From the IMG/VR virus record IMGVR_UViG_3300045988_070690, positions 1 to 37,095 of that record: a stretch of 37,095 nucleotides of DNA; one strand, given 5' to 3'. Shown one piece after another: positions 1-7,615 of this stretch. Each line of letters opens with the position of its first letter. Position 1 is the stretch's first letter. The DNA comes from a virus. The notes below the pieces were generated by a model that worked only from the letters and a program-made list of their open reading frames with translations, was not told where the DNA came from and made no database searches. A program made the translations under genes and the position numbers.

Positions 1-119
1 GCTTTTTTGATTGTCCAGGCTTTCGGAATACGTTGAACCGGCATCAGAGAGGCTCTGCTGTGCATCTATGTAGTTTTCTTCATTGGCAGAAAGCAGAGCG
101 TTGGCTTTTTTGGTTGCCA
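1..119. repeat. Terminal overlap: bases 1-119 are identical to 36977-37095 (circular closure of the contig)
   Basis: Direct reading: gcttttttgattgtccaggc...ggcttttttggttgcca is present at both ends. The overlap lies in-frame inside one ORF. Confidence 0.95.
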
Positions 120-2112
120 TGACTTCTTCGATTTTGGATTTCAGATTGTCATACTCTTGTATCTGCCCGTCTACAATGTCGATTTCCACGCCAAGTGCTT
201 CTGACAGTTCGCCAGTTATCACTTTTGCCCGATTTTCGTAGCCTTCTTTGATTTTGCCGTTTTTGTCAACAATGTTTTCCAGAGCGTCAGACAGATTTTG
301 ATAGTATGTGTACTCTCTGTCAACATTATCTGTTGCGCTATTCCGTCTGTCTTCCCACTCCGATCTGATCTGATTTTGTTCTTCTGTTTTTTGGTTCAGC
401 TTATCCTGCTTGTCGATCAGATGTTGCGTGTAGCTGTCTAAGTCCACAGCATAGTCATTGGCGTACTTGATGTCCCTATAGGTGGCATAAGCAATGCCAG
501 CAACCGCAGCGGTTACACCAGTAACCGCCATACCCATAGGCCCCAGCACGCTGGGTATCAGCTTTACAACGCTGCTGACGCTATTTATAGTCTTGATTGC
601 AGTTGTTCCGAAGTCTGTCACTTTTTTGACTGCAAACGCCGTGGCTATAGCTTTTCCGATAGGCACGATGTCGTCAACCAGATCGTCCATATTTTTGGAA
701 ACCCATTCGATGCCTTCTTTTACTTTCGGCATCAGCTTCTGTGCAAACGGCTGCAACACTTCTGTTTCTGCCTGCCGCTTCAAGGCTGTCAGCTGTGACA
801 TGACATCATCGTACTTGACATCGTTCAGCTGCCCGATTGCGTCTGTGGTTTTGCTGATCTCCGTCTGAGTGTTCAGCAAGCTGTATACCGCTTCTTCACC
901 CAAGTCCTCCCACATGGTACCGAAAAGATCGACACCGATTTGGTTCCGCGTGACATCATCTTCGACGTTCTGCAGCTGCCCAAGCAGTTCGCTTGTGGCT
1001 TCTCTTGCTGATTCGCCGCCAGCAGCAAATTTTGCTTGCATGTCTGCTATGGAATCCCCAGTGTATCCCAGCAGTTTAAAAGCTTCTTGCGTGCTTGTCG
1101 AGGTATCCTTGACACGGATACCAAACTCCTTCATCGTGTCGCCGATTTTGTCTATACTAAAAGCACCAGAAGCAGCACCGTTTTCCAGAGAGCCGAAGAA
1201 ATCCTCTACAGTATATCCAAGCTGGCTATAGTGGACGGCGTACTCGTTGAGAGTGTCCAGCATATCGCCGTTTTTGTCAAGCCCTTTCTGTGCCCCTTGT
1301 GCCATAAGGCTGTAAGCTTCTTCGATAGATATGCCAAAATTGTCCGCCAGTGCTTTTGCAGTACGTATAGATTCGTTCACATCGTATCCGAAAGTATCGT
1401 CCAGCAGCATCGCGTTTTCTGCTGCTGTTTGCAACTCGTCGCCTACCAGCTTGGTCTGCTGATACGTGACTGCTACTGCATCGGCAGCATCTTCCATGCT
1501 GTCCCCAAAGTTGTCTTTGTACACGTTTTGAGAGATGTCCTGCACTTCTTTCAGAGCATCTCCTGTCAATCCTGTCGCAGCCGCCACCCGATTGGCTGCC
1601 TGTTCCGCCTGTGTGCCAGAAGCGATCACAGCTGCACCGATTCCGCCGATTGCAGCGACAAGACCACCGACAGACTTGATGCTGTCGCTCATAGCATCGT
1701 CAAACTTGTCGTTGAAATCTCCCATGCCGGAGATCGTGTCTGACACACTTTCGCCTACATGTGACATGCCGCTTTTGATGCTATCTGCCAAACCAGAAGT
1801 TTTCCCGTCGATGCCGTCCATCGCAGATTTTGCTGCCGTTTCAGTGTCTTTAAAAATTTTTTCCGACTTTTCGCCAGCTTCCTGCATGCTGGACTGCATT
1901 TTTCCAGACGATTTCGCGAAGCTTTTCGATATGCCGTCAGCAACATTTCCAGCTTTTTTCTCCGCGTTTTTTGAGGACTTTTCCGTGTCCTTTTCCACGT
2001 TCTTCGATGCTTTTTCGCTGGATTTGTCGATTTGTTTCAGCCCTTTTTCAAAGCCTGACGTGTCAATTTTGGTGTCGAAATTAACGCTGCCGTCTGCCTT
2101 GCTGTTTGCCAC
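1..2112 (-). CDS. Tape measure protein, N-terminal 704 codons; continues across the circular junction into 36976..35801 (about 1095 aa in total)
   Basis: GTG start at 2112 follows a GAGAGGTGA RBS. Translation begins VANSKADGSVNFDTKIDTSGFEKGLKQIDKSSEKASKNVEK, then an Ala/Ser/Gly/Lys-rich helical sequence. No stop-terminated minus ORF is listed for this frame, so it runs open to base 1. 2112 nt is exactly 704 codons and joins the phase of ORF 35801..36976. It sits between the Gp15-like chaperone and the distal tail protein. Confidence 0.85.
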   Translation of the reverse strand, partial: MANSKADGSVNFDTKIDTSGFEKGLKQIDKSSEKASKNVEKDTEKSSKNAEKKAGNVADGISKSFAKSSGKMQSSMQEAGEKSEKIFKDTETAAKSAMDGIDGKTSGLADSIKSGMSHVGESVSDTISGMGDFNDKFDDAMSDSIKSVGGLVAAIGGIGAAVIASGTQAEQAANRVAAATGLTGDALKEVQDISQNVYKDNFGDSMEDAADAVAVTYQQTKLVGDELQTAAENAMLLDDTFGYDVNESIRTAKALADNFGISIEEAYSLMAQGAQKGLDKNGDMLDTLNEYAVHYSQLGYTVEDFFGSLENGAASGAFSIDKIGDTMKEFGIRVKDTSTSTQEAFKLLGYTGDSIADMQAKFAAGGESAREATSELLGQLQNVEDDVTRNQIGVDLFGTMWEDLGEEAVYSLLNTQTEISKTTDAIGQLNDVKYDDVMSQLTALKRQAETEVLQPFAQKLMPKVKEGIEWVSKNMDDLVDDIVPIGKAIATAFAVKKVTDFGTTAIKTINSVSSVVKLIPSVLGPMGMAVTGVTAAVAGIAYATYRDIKYANDYAVDLDSYTQHLIDKQDKLNQKTEEQNQIRSEWEDRRNSATDNVDREYTYYQNLSDALENIVDKNGKIKEGYENRAKVITGELSEALGVEIDIVDGQIQEYDNLKSKIEEVMATKKANALLSANEENYIDAQQSLSDAGSTYSESLDNQKS

Positions 2113-2126
2113 TATCTATCACCTCT

Positions 2127-2687
2127 CTATCCAAAGACCGCACCCACTTGTCCTGCATCCAGTTTTTTGTTTGTCGGTATCCACAAGCTGTCCTTGATTT
2201 TCCGTATCCGCTTACGCTGGCTTTTATCCTTGATTTCAGCCAGATTGACGCTGCGATACGCCACACGCTGCTTTACAGCCGATTCGTCCGGCAGTGCTTC
2301 CAGAAGCAGCCGAAATTTGTACCAGTGCAGTGCATCTTTTGTCAAGTCGATTTGATAAAATCGAAGAAAATCGCTGATGATGTACGCTCCGTCATATGTA
2401 TATGACAGCAGCTGCGTGTTTGCGGATTTCCCCGTTTCACGTCCCGTGTGTGGCATATCTGCACATGATGCATACCTGAGCAGGGCTTGATACGCCTCCG
2501 CAACATCGCACGGAGGGCGTGCCCGATACCACGCCATAGCACACAGCACGCGTTCCTCTGCTGTGTACGTTTCGTCTGCCAGCATTTCCAAAAAAGAAAG
2601 CCATTCCCGATAGTCAGTCACTACCGGATATGGCTTTCCTTGTACGCTGACGGTATCCGGTAAGCTATCATACAGTGGGTGCAGCAT
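2127..2687 (-). CDS. Phage Gp15-family protein (tail assembly chaperone position)
   Basis: 186 aa, MLHPLYDSLPDTVSVQGKPYPVVTDYREW..HWYKFRLLLEALPDESAVKQRVAYRSV resembles the bacteriophage Gp15 family. It lies immediately upstream of the tape measure gene. AGGAAA RBS before the ATG. Confidence 0.7.
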   Translation of the reverse strand: MLHPLYDSLPDTVSVQGKPYPVVTDYREWLSFLEMLADETYTAEERVLCAMAWYRARPPCDVAEAYQALLRYASCADMPHTGRETGKSANTQLLSYTYDGAYIISDFLRFYQIDLTKDALHWYKFRLLLEALPDESAVKQRVAYRSVNLAEIKDKSQRKRIRKIKDSLWIPTNKKLDAGQVGAVFG

Positions 2688-3036
2688 TTTCGTTTCCTCT
2701 GGTCTTCGGGGCGTATTTCAGCAGGATACTTGCGATTCTGCGGTTCGACTCTGCTTTTTGGTCGTGGATACACCGAAGCAGAGATGCATAGATTTCATCA
2801 AAGCAGCGTTTGTTGTCCGGTACATCGGACAGCACTTTTCCGGCGTTTTCTTCTCCGATCAAGTCGGCATAAAAAATCCGGAAGTCATTGCAGTACTTCC
2901 GGATTCTGTCAGATTCCAGTTTTGGTGCGGCTTCATTTTCTCGCTCCGCTGCACTTTCCACTGCGGCGTTGTACTTATCCCAAAACGACGCAGATTCCGC
3001 GTCTACGCCATAGCCCTTCCAGTTGATCTCGTCCAT
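2668..3036 (-). CDS. Tail assembly chaperone-like protein
   Basis: 122-aa acidic ORF between the major tail and Gp15-like genes. The assignment rests on synteny only. Confidence 0.55.
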   Translation of the reverse strand: MDEINWKGYGVDAESASFWDKYNAAVESAAERENEAAPKLESDRIRKYCNDFRIFYADLIGEENAGKVLSDVPDNKRCFDEIYASLLRCIHDQKAESNRRIASILLKYAPKTRGNENAAPTV

Positions 3037-3054
3037 TTCTGCACCTCCACGGCG

Positions 3055-3864
3055 TTAAGATACTTTGATTTTGTATGTGCTTGTGCTGAACCCGTCTGTC
3101 ACTGTGATCGTGATGTTGTCACCAGACTTCAAGCCGTTGAACTGGTTTGTCTTGCCGCTGACAGTGTTGCTTGTGACATACGATTCGCCGTTGCAAGATA
3201 CTACGACAGTCAAAGATGCGTTTTCCGCAGTCGCTTCCACGATCGCAGTTGTGGTTCCTGCCGGAATCGTGTATGACATAGTGCCAGCGATAAACGCCGG
3301 TGTCAGAGCGACAGTCTTACCAGCACTTTCCACAGCCAAAGTCTTCAGCTTCGGCTTTGTTGCAGATGTAGACAGTTTCACAGTCTGCCAGTCGTCGCTG
3401 CTGATGACAGAAACATTTTCCCACTCGCCGTTGTTTTTTAAGTTTCCGGAGTAAGTCAGGACGTTTGCGTCATCGCCGCTGCCGTCAGGCACTACGCTGT
3501 AGCTCCGCATTCTGCCGGAAGCAGTGGTGCCGTCCTCGGACAGAGTTTTCATATCCACCTGGATAATGCGTCGAGTTGCCTGCTTGCCAACCTTTTCCTC
3601 GTCCGTGATCGTCACAATGTCGTCCTGCACTGCGTTTCCGTCGTACCGGTCAAAGCTGTAGGCGATGCTTTCCTCGTAGCCAACCGTGTCGGTTCTGCTG
3701 CTGCGTTCGTCCACATACTTTCTGCCATGCTCTGTCGCCGACTTGGACGTGCTCATTCTTGTAAAACCTTCCATACGCACGAAAGCATACTGACCAGGGA
3801 TTTCGTAAAACGCGACCTTTTCGTCACGCATCACGAGATTGCCATTCTGTAAAGTTTTACCCAT
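3055..3864 (-). CDS. Major tail protein with a C-terminal cadherin-like/Ig-like beta-sandwich decoration domain
   Basis: 269 aa. The N-terminal part (MGKTLQNGNLVMRDEKVAFYEIPGQ..FTRMSTSKSATEHGRKYVDE) resembles siphovirus major tail proteins. The C-terminus (LKTLAVESAGKTVALTPAFIAGTMSYTIPAG..ITITVTDGFSTSTYKIKVS) fits the cadherin-like beta-sandwich pattern. Confidence 0.75.
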   Translation of the reverse strand: MGKTLQNGNLVMRDEKVAFYEIPGQYAFVRMEGFTRMSTSKSATEHGRKYVDERSSRTDTVGYEESIAYSFDRYDGNAVQDDIVTITDEEKVGKQATRRIIQVDMKTLSEDGTTASGRMRSYSVVPDGSGDDANVLTYSGNLKNNGEWENVSVISSDDWQTVKLSTSATKPKLKTLAVESAGKTVALTPAFIAGTMSYTIPAGTTTAIVEATAENASLTVVVSCNGESYVTSNTVSGKTNQFNGLKSGDNITITVTDGFSTSTYKIKVS

Positions 3865-4294
3865 TGTTGTACCTCCTGTCTTGATAGTACGTAAGTTTCA
3901 GTTGGATTTGATACCGTGCTGTGCTGTCGCCGGCATCGTATACATATCCGCTAGTGGTGATTTCCACGCGTTGTGCAGTGCGGTATTCTCCAAGTTCCGG
4001 AAGCCGCCGCAGCTTGTTTTGTACCGCGATCCAGTCGGAAAAGTTGTCGTAAAACGCACTGTTTGCCAAATTTTGTGCAGTGTCGGCATACTGATTTCTG
4101 CTTGCGAACACAAACAAAAACTGCCGCAGTTTCGAGCCGTCCACATATTGCGATGCAACTGGATTGCAAGGCACAGTATCTACGGTATAGCCGATAGGGT
4201 CAGCCCCCAAGTGGTCAACGCCTAAAATTGCGTTTTCTTCGACAAGCGGACAGCTTGCAATCCAGTCACGCACAGCTTCAATGATTGCTGTCAT
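3857..4294 (-). CDS. Tail terminator / tail completion protein
   Basis: 145-aa ORF directly upstream of the major tail gene. Overlapping start and stop codons indicate translational coupling. Confidence 0.55.
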   Translation of the reverse strand: MTAIIEAVRDWIASCPLVEENAILGVDHLGADPIGYTVDTVPCNPVASQYVDGSKLRQFLFVFASRNQYADTAQNLANSAFYDNFSDWIAVQNKLRRLPELGEYRTAQRVEITTSGYVYDAGDSTARYQIQLKLTYYQDRRYNNG

Positions 4295-4616
4295 TTTCGC
4301 CTCCTAGAATCTTTGCAACGCCGTCCTGCCAGTCTTCTGCGTGGTCTGCCTTGGCACGGTCAAACCACCGTGCTCCACGCAGCCCTTTAGAGCTTCCTTC
4401 GTAGTACTGTTTTTTGGCGTATGGAGTGTTCCACGTCACAGTGCCGCTGCCGATGTCGCTTGACATCTTGCCGCTTCTTTCCAGTGTACCAGTATCCAGC
4501 GGTACATATGGTGCACAAGTCCGTATCACTTCCTGATCCAGATACTTCTGTGCTTTTTCCAGGGCTTTTTCACTGCATTTTCCGGTATGTATCACCAGTT
4601 CGCCGTGTATCGTCAT
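4278..4616 (-). CDS. HK97 gp10-like head-tail joining protein
   Basis: 112 aa. LDQEVIRTCAPYVPLDTGTLERSG..TWNTPYAKKQYYEG matches the gp10-family pattern. Confidence 0.65.
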   Translation of the reverse strand: MTIHGELVIHTGKCSEKALEKAQKYLDQEVIRTCAPYVPLDTGTLERSGKMSSDIGSGTVTWNTPYAKKQYYEGSSKGLRGARWFDRAKADHAEDWQDGVAKILGGENDSNH

Positions 4617-4948
4617 ACCGCCGTCACCTCGATGTGCTGCACGTCCGCAGAGCCATACCGGTAATCCTCCACCGCCGTGATCGTTCTTCCGTCGCTTGGT
4701 GGCGTATCAGATTCACACCTTCCGCAAGCGATGATGTCAGCTTTCTGTGGCAGGTAGTCAGACAGCGATGACGCGGGGATACAGCACCAGATTTGGTCTT
4801 GCTGCTTCATAGACGTGCCAGTCTGCACCTGTGCCACGGTATCCTCCCAGTACACAGCTGGGATAAAGTGCGGCACATACGCCTCCATGCGGTTCTTGAC
4901 AGTCTTTTCATAGACTGTACAACCGACTTTATTGACAAACATAGTCAC
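4613..4948 (-). CDS. Head closure / head-tail adaptor protein
   Basis: 111-aa ORF in the connector block with a 4-nt overlap to each neighbour. Confidence 0.5.
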   Translation of the reverse strand: MTMFVNKVGCTVYEKTVKNRMEAYVPHFIPAVYWEDTVAQVQTGTSMKQQDQIWCCIPASSLSDYLPQKADIIACGRCESDTPPSDGRTITAVEDYRYGSADVQHIEVTAV

Positions 4949-5367
4949 ACCCCCCTGTACATCAGTCCTGTGCTGCCCAGATAGCGTATACAGATGCTCC
5001 GGAGATAGTCTTGCAAGCCGGAAGATGTGCCGTACAGCAAGCCTGAAATGGCCTGTGCAACTGTGGTATAGCTGACACTGTACTTACCGATTGTTTCGGA
5101 AGCTTTTCCGGATTTTCCGGAGCCGTTTGGTGTGCTGCTGCCGCCGTAGTCAGCATAGTCTGCCAACGCTTCGGCGATTGCACAGCAGCATTTTTTCACT
5201 TTTTCCGAAAACTCCTCCGGCACGCCACCAGAAAGGCGGTCAAACGTCACCATGTCCATGTACTCCGATGCACGCTCTGCATACATCAAAAACGTTTCTT
5301 CTTCTTTGATACGCTGCCCGCGGTAGGACTGCGTATAGTACGTGTGATCTGCATAAGGCATACTCAC
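4945..5367 (-). CDS. Head-tail connector (gp6-like) protein
   Basis: 140-aa ORF, the first gene after the capsid gene block. MSMPYADHTYYTQSYRGQRI.. is typical of DNA-packaging/connector proteins. Confidence 0.55.
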   Translation of the reverse strand: MSMPYADHTYYTQSYRGQRIKEEETFLMYAERASEYMDMVTFDRLSGGVPEEFSEKVKKCCCAIAEALADYADYGGSSTPNGSGKSGKASETIGKYSVSYTTVAQAISGLLYGTSSGLQDYLRSICIRYLGSTGLMYRGV

Positions 5368-5465
5368 TTCTCCTTTTTTGTCGCCGTGTCCTTTTCCTGC
5401 TTCGGTGCAGGCTTCTTTGCAGCTTTTTCAGGCTTTTCCGGAAACACCAAGCCTACTGTACGCAT
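5364..5465 (-). CDS. Small Lys-rich protein (33 aa), hypothetical
   Basis: ATG at 5465 follows a GGAGGTGA RBS. Sequence MRTVGLVFPEKPEKAAKKPAPKQEKDTATKKEK. It fills the gap after the capsid gene. Confidence 0.35.
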   Translation of the reverse strand: MRTVGLVFPEKPEKAAKKPAPKQEKDTATKKEK

Positions 5466-5481
5466 GCGGCTCACCTCCAGA

Positions 5482-6369
5482 TCAGGTCTTAGATACCGAT
5501 GCGTAGATGCCAAACTTCTTGTTGTCGTACACCTCTGTGATGCCGTAAGCACGGTAGAAGTACAGCCATGCATCAGAGTGCTGGTTCTGCTCCGGTGTGA
5601 TGACCTTGTTTACAGTGTGCTTGGTGAACTGGATCGGGGAATTTTTCTGCACGATCAGGAAGTTCAACTTCTTGCCTGCGGTTGCTGCCTTATATCCGCC
5701 GGCACTCTCATCAGCACCGGAAGAACCCGTCTTATCTACGCCGGAGAGCAGGTCAATGGCACTGTAAAAACGCGACTGCGGTACGCGGATTGTCTTCGCA
5801 AAGCCCGCCAGCATCGCCTTGGACTTGTAAGTGTCCAGTGCCTGAATCGCGTTGTACATAGTCGGTGTGATGTACAGCAGGCGGCTTTCCTGCGGCACCT
5901 CTGCCTCGTCCATAGCGATGTTTGCAGCGGTAATCGCAGCACAAACTGCCGCACCGTCTGCGAGATCTTCGCTCTTGTTGGTGCCAGCTGCCTTTGCATA
6001 TGCAGCAAAACGCCACGCGTCCATTTCCGGCACGACCTTGGTACGGATAAACTCAGAAGCAAGCTTTCCGAAGGACAGTGCTGCGGTTTCCTCGTTGTCC
6101 ATAGCGTCCACACTGAACCGTCTGCCGCGGTCGTAGTTAAACGTCTTTTCAACCCACTCCAGATCTACGTCACCGGACACGTAGCCGTCCTTGCGGCTGT
6201 AGTCCCCAAGACCGTCCATGCTCATCTTGGGGATCAAGATCGTCCGTGCATTGCTGCCCTGCCGTACAGTGCTGGAATCCGATTCCAGATCTGCTGTCAG
6301 TGTAGCACTCTTGTACACTTCGTCCAGCAGTTCGATATACTTTTTAATCAGTGTGAGATTGTTTGCCAT
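5482..6369 (-). CDS. Major capsid protein
   Basis: 295 aa. MANNLTLIKKYIELLDEVYKSATLTADLESD..IPKMSMDGLGDYSR resembles SPP1/A118-type major capsid proteins. It follows the scaffold gene. Confidence 0.85.
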   Translation of the reverse strand: MANNLTLIKKYIELLDEVYKSATLTADLESDSSTVRQGSNARTILIPKMSMDGLGDYSRKDGYVSGDVDLEWVEKTFNYDRGRRFSVDAMDNEETAALSFGKLASEFIRTKVVPEMDAWRFAAYAKAAGTNKSEDLADGAAVCAAITAANIAMDEAEVPQESRLLYITPTMYNAIQALDTYKSKAMLAGFAKTIRVPQSRFYSAIDLLSGVDKTGSSGADESAGGYKAATAGKKLNFLIVQKNSPIQFTKHTVNKVITPEQNQHSDAWLYFYRAYGITEVYDNKKFGIYASVSKT

Positions 6370-6384
6370 ATCTTATCTCCTTTC

Positions 6385-6909
6385 TCACTTCAAGCCCATG
6401 ACACGGCGGACCATTTCGTCCGTCACATCTTTGTTTGTGCTGCCGGTTGCGGAATCCACAAAAATCGGCGGCTTTTCATCTTCCGTTGAAAATGCGTCAG
6501 GGCAGCTTTTTTTCAGTGCCTTTACCACATCTTCACCACCAAGCAGTGTGTCACCGTCAAATTTCAGCTGTTTGCTTTCAATCTGACGCTTCAGATAGTC
6601 TGCATAGATCGGATTCTTGCAGCCCTGCTGTGCCACAAACTTGTCCAGTTTGGTGCTGTACTCCAGCTTCTGCATCTGATCTTGTGCAGCCTCATACTTC
6701 TTCTGCCAGTCGGCAGCAGACTGCTTGATGCCGTCGATGTCCATATCGGCATACGACTTGATTTTGTCGTTTGCATCGTTCAGCTGCCCCGTGACAGCGT
6801 CCAGCTTCGCCTGCAGAGCGTTGTAGTCCGCTTCGCTGTAGGTTTTTGCCTGAGGCTCCGGTGTCTGCTCCTGCTGCTGTTCCGGCTCGTTTTTGGTTTC
6901 GTCTTCCAT
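6385..6909 (-). CDS. Capsid scaffolding protein
   Basis: 174 aa with an acidic, Gln-rich N-terminus and coiled-coil character (EQQQEQTPEPQAKTYSEADYNALQAKLDAVTGQL). It lies directly upstream of the capsid gene. Confidence 0.8.
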   Translation of the reverse strand: MEDETKNEPEQQQEQTPEPQAKTYSEADYNALQAKLDAVTGQLNDANDKIKSYADMDIDGIKQSAADWQKKYEAAQDQMQKLEYSTKLDKFVAQQGCKNPIYADYLKRQIESKQLKFDGDTLLGGEDVVKALKKSCPDAFSTEDEKPPIFVDSATGSTNKDVTDEMVRRVMGLK

Positions 6910-6945
6910 GTTTTTTCATCCCTTTCTGAAAAATGATATAAAAAT

Positions 6946-6972
6946 AGCATCGGTTTCCCGATGCTTATTTTT
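6946..6972. terminator. Bidirectional rho-independent terminator inside the late operon
   Basis: Stem AGCATCGG (6946-6953) / CCGATGCT (6958-6965) with a 4-nt loop. T-runs follow it on both strands (TATTTTT on plus, ATTTTTAT on minus). Confidence 0.7.
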
Positions 6973-7055
6973 CGATATAGAAACGCCTACCCGCTGGCTT
7001 TCGTGTTTCTACCTTCCAGCCCTCCGCCGGTTTATGCCCGTGGTCGGGGCAGTGG

Positions 7056-7319
7056 TTACAGTTCGATGTTTTCGATTGCTGCACGTGCTTCCAGACTGGC
7101 GATATAATCAGCCATCGCTCTGATCTGGAAATTATAAATTCCTCTCGGACAGGTCGGCTGGAAGTTCAGTTTTCCTTCGTCCCATTTGTCCAGCATTGCT
7201 TTCAGCTTCTGGTACCGGACGCACACTTGCATATACTCCGCTTTGAATCGCTCTTTGTAATCGTCACTGCACATCAGTGATACTGTGTCTTTCAGCTCCG
7301 TTGCTCTGTATGTTCCCAT
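7056..7319 (-). CDS. Small phage protein (resembles the crAss001_48-related family), function unknown
   Basis: 87 aa. CSDDYKERFKAEYMQVCVRYQKLKAMLDKWDEGKLNFQPTCP..IRAMADYIASLEARA. Family recalled from memory only. Confidence 0.45.
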   Translation of the reverse strand: MGTYRATELKDTVSLMCSDDYKERFKAEYMQVCVRYQKLKAMLDKWDEGKLNFQPTCPRGIYNFQIRAMADYIASLEARAAIENIEL

Positions 7320-7339
7320 GTTATTTCTCCTTTCACATT

Positions 7340-7612
7340 CTATTCAACAATGCACCAATCTTCTGCCAGCATATCAGCCTGACTTGCAAGCCACCCCATT
7401 TGGACACCGCTTGTGCCAACAAATGCAAGTGCCTTGTTCCCGATAGCTTCATGTTCGCAGTTGATAATTTCACCGTTTGTGTTTTTGTAAGAGACATTTG
7501 TTGCAAGCTCGACGTACTGACTTTTGCCGTTCCAACCGGTTCTTGCAACTTTCTTTCCGGCTTTCATTGCTTCCAATGCTTCTCCAAATGTCACGCTTGT
7601 GTTTTCCAGCAT
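7340..7612 (-). CDS. DUF2829-family protein (Tad2-like candidate Thoeris anti-defence sponge)
   Basis: 90 aa. The N-terminus TFGEALEAMKAGKKVARTGWNGK and C-terminus GWLASQADMLAEDWCIVE are the hallmark ends of DUF2829. Confidence 0.75.
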   Translation of the reverse strand: MLENTSVTFGEALEAMKAGKKVARTGWNGKSQYVELATNVSYKNTNGEIINCEHEAIGNKALAFVGTSGVQMGWLASQADMLAEDWCIVE

Positions 7613-7615
7613 ACG

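Noticed and set aside
1-119. 119-bp terminal repeat as a genuine phage direct terminal repeat
   Set aside because: The repeat lies in the middle of the tape measure ORF and preserves its frame. It behaves like an assembler overlap of a circular or circularly permuted genome, not like packaging ends.
494-2197. Four long plus-strand track ORFs (494-868, 869-1231, 1036-1743, 1535-2197)
   Set aside because: They are antisense to the open tape measure frame. They lack ribosome binding sites and translate to low-complexity Ser/Cys/Phe-rich sequence. The minus-strand frame gives a typical tape measure sequence and links in phase across the circular junction.
2668-2687. Programmed -1 frameshift between the two tail chaperone ORFs
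   Set aside because: The downstream Gp15-like ORF has its own ATG with an AGGAAA RBS inside the 20-nt overlap. I see no slippery heptamer, so independent initiation explains the layout.
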